64,000 nucleotides of DNA from Clostridiales bacterium. GTDB lineage: Bacteria > Bacillota > Clostridia > Christensenellales > UBA1242. Each line of letters begins with the position of its first letter. Within the stretch, counting starts at the first letter, position 1. The translations under genes and the position numbers were made by a program. Below, one piece after another: positions 56,450 through 64,000 of this stretch. The stretch is from assembly GCA_918292005.1 (NCBI GenBank), contig CAKJZJ010000011.1, positions 18,469-82,468 on the forward strand, given 5' to 3'. The notes under the pieces are model-generated. The model worked only from the letters and a program-made list of their open reading frames with translations. It was not told the origin of the DNA and searched no databases.

Positions 56450-56581
56450 CTTGTCTCTCCATATTAGATAAATAATAGTACATAATACTATTTAAAAGAT
56501 TGTATCCAAATTTTTTGTATTCAGACCAAAATTGTATCAAAAATAAACAAATTCATCAGGATACATACAATTTAACAAATG

Positions 56582-56610
56582 TATTATACAATATTACCTT
56601 TACATAGTCA
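56582..56610 (-). promoter_or_regulatory. secDF promoter (near-consensus)
   Basis: Sense strand reads TTGACT (56610-56605), 17 nt, TATAAT (56587-56582). This leaves a ~125-nt leader. Confidence 0.55.
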
Positions 56611-56651
56611 ATTTATTTTGAATACTTTGATGTAAAAATGGCTCAAAAACA

Positions 56652-56677
56652 AATAAAAAAAGCACGTATTAACGTGC
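56652..56677 (-). terminator. terminator downstream of the small membrane protein gene
   Basis: GCACGT-taat-ACGTGC followed by a T-run on the minus strand. Confidence 0.65.
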
Positions 56678-56687
56678 CAAGCGTAAA

Positions 56688-57083
56688 CTATTTTTTAATA
56701 ATATTCACAACAATTATCCCAATCAGTCCACCCATCGCTATGGTTAAAATCAAATCATAGAAATTACTGAGTACAAAACTAATTTTTCCCTGCAAAATAG
56801 CAAAAATTACATAATTAATAACAAAATACAGAGTAGCAACTATTACACCATTGAGTAAACCTTGAGATTTTAACTTTTTTAATGTAACGTATATCCCAAA
56901 AAACAAACTAACAATCTTTATAACTTGATTTACTGGAAAAATCCAAGCATTACTAATATCAAAAAACCTAATAAATAAGGCAAATACTAAAATGAGTATT
57001 AATGTAATAGATATAGCCAAAAGCGTACCAGTAAGATATGCCAATGCCCCATCTTTTTTATTAATAGATAAACTTTTTTGCAT
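56688..57083 (-). CDS. small 4-TM membrane protein (YrzE-like)
   Basis: Four hydrophobic helices. Three possible starts (GTG 57095, ATG 57089, ATG 57083); ATG 57083 has the best spacing from AAAGGTGG. Confidence 0.6.
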   Translation of the reverse strand: MQKSLSINKKDGALAYLTGTLLAISITLILILVFALFIRFFDISNAWIFPVNQVIKIVSLFFGIYVTLKKLKSQGLLNGVIVATLYFVINYVIFAILQGKISFVLSNFYDLILTIAMGGLIGIIVVNIIKK

Positions 57084-57140
57084 GATCATTACCACCTTTA
57101 TACACTATATGATAATGTCTTTTCAAATATTCTTAAATAA

Positions 57141-57169
57141 AAAAAAGATAGAACAAATCTATCTTTTTT
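57141..57169 (-). terminator. terminator downstream of yajC
   Basis: AGATAGA (57146-57152) pairs with TCTATCT (58-64 of the same 57100 block), extended by A/T runs on both sides. Confidence 0.6.
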
Positions 57170-57175
57170 AGTTAA

Positions 57176-57634
57176 TTATTTATTTGTTTTTTTAGCCTTT
57201 GTAGTTTTATTGGCAGTTTTTGTTTCTTCTTTTACTTCTTGTACTTCTTCTTGTTTTTTAACTTCAACAGGTGCTTCTTCCTTTACTTCTGCTTTTTCTA
57301 CTACTTCTTCGTCTTTAACAGCAGTTTTATTATCAATACCAGCTATTGCATTGATGTGAATAGTCATAGTAGTAGGATTTTTAGCATTACCAGTAATGAT
57401 GGTAACTACCTGTCCATCTGTAGTATTCTCAATACTTTCAACTACTCCGTAAACACCAGAATGTGTAATAACTTTTAGACCTTTTTTAATTTGTTTATTC
57501 AATTCTTGTCTAGCAGCAACTTCTTTTTTAGAACGCAAAAATGCTGGAACTAACATAACAATTAATACAGCAATCAATACCAAAATCATCCAGTTGGCAG
57601 ACAACCATTCTTTAATACCTAGTAAAAAATTCAT
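57176..57634 (-). CDS. yajC: preprotein translocase subunit YajC with a K/E-rich C-terminal tail
   Basis: Single TM helix and a YajC core (VITHSGVYGVVESI). SD AAGGAG. Conserved tgt-yajC order. Confidence 0.85.
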   Translation of the reverse strand: MNFLLGIKEWLSANWMILVLIAVLIVMLVPAFLRSKKEVAARQELNKQIKKGLKVITHSGVYGVVESIENTTDGQVVTIITGNAKNPTTMTIHINAIAGIDNKTAVKDEEVVEKAEVKEEAPVEVKKQEEVQEVKEETKTANKTTKAKKTNK

Positions 57635-57766
57635 AATAACTCCTTGAAATATAATTAAATACTAACATTATTATATCAAAATTGATAGATATAGTACATC
57701 AAAAATGATATAAATATCAAATTATTTTTGTAAAAATGTGTATTTTATAGTCACATATCAATACTA

Positions 57767-59959
<2,193 letters not shown>

Positions 59960-59979
<20 letters not shown>

Positions 59980-61012
59980 TTTCTACGAAAAGTTTTAAAT
60001 ATTCTTGATTTTTAGCAGATAATTTTTTACCCAGATGCTTGTATGCATTAGGCAAAACTACTCTACCCCTAGGAGTACGAGCAACAAAACCTAATTGTAA
60101 TAGATATGGCTCATAAACATCTTCTATAGTATTAGCATCTTCACCAGTAGCAGCAGAGAGTGTATTGAGACCAACTGGGCCACCATGGAATTTATCAATA
60201 ATGGTCTCTAGCAAAACCCTATCTGTATAATCTAGTCCCAAATCATCTACTTCCAGTATCTCTAGTGCTTGTTTACAAATCTCATTGGAGATAGTATCAC
60301 TACCAGATACTTCTGCAAAGTCTCTGATACGACGAAGAAGTCTATTTGCAATTCTAGGTGTGCCACGACTACGTTTGGCTAATTCTATACATGCTTCGTC
60401 AGTAATGGCGATATTGAGAATACCAGCACTTCGTTTGATAATTCTAGATAATTCTTCGGTATTGTACATTTCTAGTCTGCATACAACACCAAATCTATCA
60501 CGAAGTGGACCTGTAAGCATTCCAGCCTTGGTAGTAGCACCAATTAGAGTAAATGGCTCTACATTGATTCTCATAGTTCTAGCACCTGGGCCTTTACCCA
60601 ATATGATATCCAATGCAAAATCTTCCATTGCAGGATATAATACTTCTTCTACAGACCTACTGAGTCTATGAATTTCGTCTATGAAAAGGACTTCATTTTT
60701 CTGCATATTGGATAATATACTCGCTAGATCTGCCACTTTTTCTATAGCAGGTCCCGAAGTAATCTTGATATTAGTACCCAATTCATTGGCAATAATGTGT
60801 GAAAGTGTGGTTTTGCCTAATCCTGGTGGGCCATACAAAAGTACGTGGTCGAGTGCATCTCCACGTTTTTTTGCTGCTTGGATATAAATATTCAGATTTT
60901 TCTTAATTTTCTCTTGACCAACATACTCATCCATTGTAGTTGGTCTAAGTGTATTCTCCACTTCAGTCTCTGTTAGATTCCTAGTAGATGTAATAAATCT
61001 CTCTTCTTCCAT
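59960..61012 (-). CDS. ruvB: Holliday junction branch migration helicase RuvB
   Basis: Walker [10 protein letters not shown], Walker [10 protein letters not shown]. Confidence 0.95.
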
Positions 61013-61027
61013 GAATACCCCTAAACA

Positions 61028-61621
61028 CTATCTATTCATATTCTTGAGTGCTTTTTTCACAATATCTTCGGCTTTGTCATCTACGAGTGCAACATTTTTG
61101 ACTACCTTGGTTGCATCAAACCTAGTAAGTCCCATAGCAACTAGAGTATCAATGGCTTCTTCAACAGCACTAGTAGAAACTGCTCTAGTAGAATTAGGCT
61201 TCAACATACTCAGTTGCAAATCATCAAAACTATTTTTTAATTCAAGAATTATTCTCTCAGCAGTCTTTTTGCCTAAACCTTTTACCGATGACAATAATTT
61301 GATATTCTCAGTTACGATAGCATCAATCAAATCTGCTACAGGCATAGCAGATAGTATGGCAATAGCCATTTTGCCACCAACACCACTAACACCAATAAGT
61401 TTCAAAAATGCAGATTTTTCATCACGAGTGGCAAATCCAAAAAGTGTAATAGCATCTTCTCTAACAGCCATGTATGTATATACTGTAGCCATCTCACCTA
61501 CATTGGGTAATTCATATATGGTGGTATCGCTGACATTGAGTTCAAAGCCAACACCATTACAATTGACTACTGCAATATTATTATCTTTTTCTTCAATTAT
61601 TCCAGTTAAAAACGAAAACAT
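61028..61621 (-). CDS. ruvA: Holliday junction DNA helicase RuvA
   Basis: MFSFLTGIIEEKD...GVGFELNVS OB-fold start and HhH motifs (GVSGVGGKMAIAIL, VKGLGKKTAERI). Confidence 0.92.
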   Translation of the reverse strand: MFSFLTGIIEEKDNNIAVVNCNGVGFELNVSDTTIYELPNVGEMATVYTYMAVREDAITLFGFATRDEKSAFLKLIGVSGVGGKMAIAILSAMPVADLIDAIVTENIKLLSSVKGLGKKTAERIILELKNSFDDLQLSMLKPNSTRAVSTSAVEEAIDTLVAMGLTRFDATKVVKNVALVDDKAEDIVKKALKNMNR

Positions 61622-61630
61622 GATATACTC

Positions 61631-62125
61631 CTATTTAATATCCGTACCGGCAAGTAGTAGATTGGTCTGACTATGACATAGTGCTGCAGCCAGTCCATCA
61701 GCCGCATCATCAGGCTTCGGAATAGCACTAAGTTTTAGGATAGTTTTGACCATGTACTGTACCTGATGTTTATCAGCTCTACCATTACCTGTGAGAGCCT
61801 GTTTGATCTGCAAAGGTGTGTATTCAAATAGTTTTACACCTTTATTAATACAAGCCAAAAGTATTACACCCCTAGCCTCAGCAACCGTAATACCAGTCGT
61901 AATATTGGTATTGAAAAACAATTCTTCTAGGGCAACTTGATCGGGTTTAAAAGTATCAATAAGCTCACACATGCCTTTGTATATTTTGCTAAGACGTATA
62001 GGCAAAGTATCTTCTTTGGGTGTAGTAATAACACCATAATCCACAACATCTATTTTTGATTTTTCTTTTCTCAATACTCCAAAACCTACTATCGCTAGTC
62101 CGGGGTCTATTCCTAAAATAATCAT
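61631..62125 (-). CDS. ruvC: crossover junction endodeoxyribonuclease RuvC
   Basis: ILGIDPG, ALEELFF, DAADGLAAALCH. yebC-ruvC-ruvA-ruvB order. Confidence 0.92.
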   Translation of the reverse strand: MIILGIDPGLAIVGFGVLRKEKSKIDVVDYGVITTPKEDTLPIRLSKIYKGMCELIDTFKPDQVALEELFFNTNITTGITVAEARGVILLACINKGVKLFEYTPLQIKQALTGNGRADKHQVQYMVKTILKLSAIPKPDDAADGLAAALCHSQTNLLLAGTDIK

Positions 62126-62148
62126 AATATCTCCATATTAACATATAG

Positions 62149-62188
62149 AGTATATTATATTAAATAGAGCAAGTCAAACAAATGTTTT
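62149..62188 (-). promoter_or_regulatory. ruvCAB promoter with a LexA-like box
   Basis: Sense strand reads AAAACATTTGTTTG (62188-62175), overlapping -35 TTGACT (62177-62172). A 17-nt spacer follows, then -10 TATACT (62154-62149). The geometry matches the lexA promoter. Confidence 0.6.
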
Positions 62189-62260
62189 ACAAAATAAAAA
62201 ATATGCCGACCCTATCACTAAAAACATCTCATAATAGAGTACAGCATATCCTGTATATTT

Positions 62261-62992
62261 TTATTCTTCTTGAAGTTCTACATTGTGATAAACTTCTTGC
62301 ACATCATCACTATCTTCGAGAGCATCAATCATTTTTACAAAAGTTGCTTCTTTATCTGCAGGCAGTGTTACATAAGATGATGGAATTAAATCGATAGAAC
62401 TATCTGCAATAGCGATATTATTTTTTTCTAAATTCTCTTTTACGGTATCAAAAGTATCTGGAGTAGTATAAATCTCAAATACTTCATCACCAATAGAAAT
62501 ATCATCAGCACCAGCATCTAGGGCTATCATCATCATGTCATCATCAGATATACCCATACCTTTTTGTACGTAAATAACGCCTTTTTTGGTAAACAAATAC
62601 GATACACAGCCATTGCTACCTAACGAACCACCAAATTTATCAAAAATGTGTCTAACATCACTAGCTGTTCTATTTTTATTGTCTGTCAAAGCATATACAA
62701 TGACAGCACTACCAGCCACGCCATAACCTTCGTATGTCATGCTCTCATAATTGACAGAGCCTAATTCACCACTAGCCTTTTTGATACTACGATTAATATT
62801 ATCATTAGGCATATTCACTGCACGAGCCTTAGCAATAATATTCTTCAGTTGTGAATTTGAATTTGGATCTGGTCCACCCAATTTAACAGCAACTGCAATT
62901 TCTCTACCAATTTTGGTATAAACTTTAGCATTCTGTTGATCGTTTTTCTCTTTTGTATTTTTAATTTTCGTCCATTTATTGTGACCTGACAT
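62261..62992 (-). CDS. yebC: YebC/PmpR family DNA-binding transcriptional regulator
   Basis: MSGHNKWTKIK...KARAVNMPNDNI family pattern. Confidence 0.92.
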   Translation of the reverse strand: MSGHNKWTKIKNTKEKNDQQNAKVYTKIGREIAVAVKLGGPDPNSNSQLKNIIAKARAVNMPNDNINRSIKKASGELGSVNYESMTYEGYGVAGSAVIVYALTDNKNRTASDVRHIFDKFGGSLGSNGCVSYLFTKKGVIYVQKGMGISDDDMMMIALDAGADDISIGDEVFEIYTTPDTFDTVKENLEKNNIAIADSSIDLIPSSYVTLPADKEATFVKMIDALEDSDDVQEVYHNVELQEE

Positions 62993-63007
62993 AAAATTTA
63001 CCTCTTT

Positions 63008-63739
63008 TTATCTATATAAATACATGAGTATACTAGCACTCACACTGGCATTCAAACTCTCTACATTATTAAGCATAGGAATACTAATTGTCATATCAGA
63101 GATTGCCCTAATGTCCTCACTAATACCCCTGCCTTCATTACCAATCACAATACCTACATTTCCACCAATATTGACACTGTGTGCAGTATCTCCAGACATA
63201 TCTGCAGTAATAATTTTCACATTATGTTTTTCTCTAATATCCTGCAACATAGCATAATCGCAGTCAATCAAATCAACATCAAATACATACCCCATGCTAG
63301 ACCTAATACATTTGGTAGTATATGGATATACCGAGTCTATAGAAAGAATAGTAGTATATCCGAATGCACAAGCACTACGAATGATAGCACCGTAATTGCT
63401 AGGATCTTGGATTCTATCTAGTATGATACACCTATGAAAGTCGTGTTGCGACCTAGGAGATGGTATCTGACATATGGCAAATACTCCATCGGTAGTCACA
63501 GTGTCAGATAAGTAGTCTGCTATAGACTGTGAGACTATCTCTATATGTGTATCTTTAAAGCGCTCTGACAGATTTTCTCTAGATTTAGCCAGAATAATAG
63601 TATCTACCAATCCCCTGGAATACAATTCGGATACAATTTTTACACTTTCTACTAGGCATTTATTATGTATTCTACAATATTTTTTAATTTTTAAAAGTTT
63701 GGCTAATTTGACAATATGATTGTCTTTGCTTGTAATCAT
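63008..63739 (-). CDS. TrmH/SpoU family RNA 2'-O-methyltransferase
   Basis: NYGAIIRSA, GNEGRGIS, ESLNASVSASILMY. ATG 63739 follows GGGGG. The longer track start 63781 would run into the rplT terminator hairpin. Confidence 0.85.
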   Translation of the reverse strand: MITSKDNHIVKLAKLLKIKKYCRIHNKCLVESVKIVSELYSRGLVDTIILAKSRENLSERFKDTHIEIVSQSIADYLSDTVTTDGVFAICQIPSPRSQHDFHRCIILDRIQDPSNYGAIIRSACAFGYTTILSIDSVYPYTTKCIRSSMGYVFDVDLIDCDYAMLQDIREKHNVKIITADMSGDTAHSVNIGGNVGIVIGNEGRGISEDIRAISDMTISIPMLNNVESLNASVSASILMYLYR

Positions 63740-63775
63740 ATTTACCCCCAAATTAGTTGTATAATAAAAACGGAA

Positions 63776-63808
63776 AAACAAGTATTACGAAAGATATAAT
63801 ACTTGTTT
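63776..63808 (-). terminator. terminator downstream of rplT
   Basis: 10-bp stem ACAAGTATTA (63778-63787) pairs with TAATACTTGT (63797-63806), extended by A:T pairs. On the minus strand it is followed by TTTT. Confidence 0.5.
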
Positions 63809-63822
63809 AAATAGCAAATTAA

Positions 63823-64000
63823 TTATTTATTAAGTGCTTTTTTTGCAGTAGCTACTAGACTAGCAAAAGCCTTTTCGTCAGTAGCAGCTAGGTCTGCAAG
63901 AACTTTTCTATTTAGGTCAATTTTTGCAACCTTTAATCCATGCATGAATTGGCTATATGACATATCATTGGCACGGCAACCAGCATTGATTCTAGCAATC
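63823..64000 (-). CDS. rplT: 50S ribosomal protein L20, C-terminal part (gene continues beyond the window)
   Basis: The reverse-complement translation reads [58 protein letters not shown]. It is absent from the ORF track because there is no start codon in the window. Confidence 0.9.
   Translation of the reverse strand, partial: IARINAGCRANDMSYSQFMHGLKVAKIDLNRKVLADLAATDEKAFASLVATAKKALNK

Noticed and set aside
61011-61670. 219-aa plus-strand ORF antisense to ruvA, and similar long antisense ORFs opposite mutS (31958-32428), pnp (46037-46435), ruvB (60285-60671) and lexA (27943-28308).
   Set aside because: Each mirrors a confidently identified conserved gene on the other strand. The products are Ser/Leu/Ile-rich nonsense with no start context.

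Overview
This 64-kb window comes from an AT-rich chromosome (about 30% GC by eye) that uses the standard genetic code and looks Firmicutes/Clostridia-like. It has two very different parts. (1) Positions 1-18466 are one uninterrupted plus-strand reading frame that is still open at the 5' window edge (>6,152 codons, >18.4 kb). It encodes a Thr/Ser/Asn/Gly/Tyr-rich, Lys/Glu-poor giant surface/adhesin-like protein. The first ~1,880 aa look like degenerate beta-sandwich units. They are followed by six GLUG-type parallel beta-helix modules arranged as three tandem pairs. Each pair is followed by a related beta-sandwich unit and a variable spacer (~840 aa and ~690 aa between pairs, ~360 aa after the last). 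I see no recognisable C-terminal anchor. This gene is the outstanding object in the window and the best candidate for something undescribed. (2) Positions 18.5-64 kb are mostly minus-strand core genes in classical Firmicutes synteny blocks. In order: an ABC-2 exporter pair, a TVP38/DedA protein, an unusual membrane-tethered PadR-like regulator, a YgjP-like metallopeptidase, an orphan 290-aa gene, a XerC/D-family recombinase, lexA, miaA-mutL-mutS-miaB, PBP1A, recA-pgsA-rimO-ftsK, a NodB deacetylase, an orphan ~300-aa gene, pnp-rpsO, hemZ-relA-recJ, secF-secD, a small membrane protein, yajC-tgt-queA-ruvB-ruvA-ruvC-yebC, a TrmH-family methyltransferase, and the 3' end of rplT. I found no rRNA, tRNA, CRISPR array, transposase or phage structural genes. 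Secondary observations are a Cheo-like SOS box (core AACATTTGTTT) in the lexA, recA and ruvC promoters, a perfect 34-bp lox-like palindrome with a related 18-mer that together bracket the orphan gene next to the recombinase, a RelA/SpoT homolog whose hydrolase (HD) residues look lost, and several clean hairpin terminators and near-consensus sigma-A promoters. All domain calls rest on motif recognition by eye; no database search was run.
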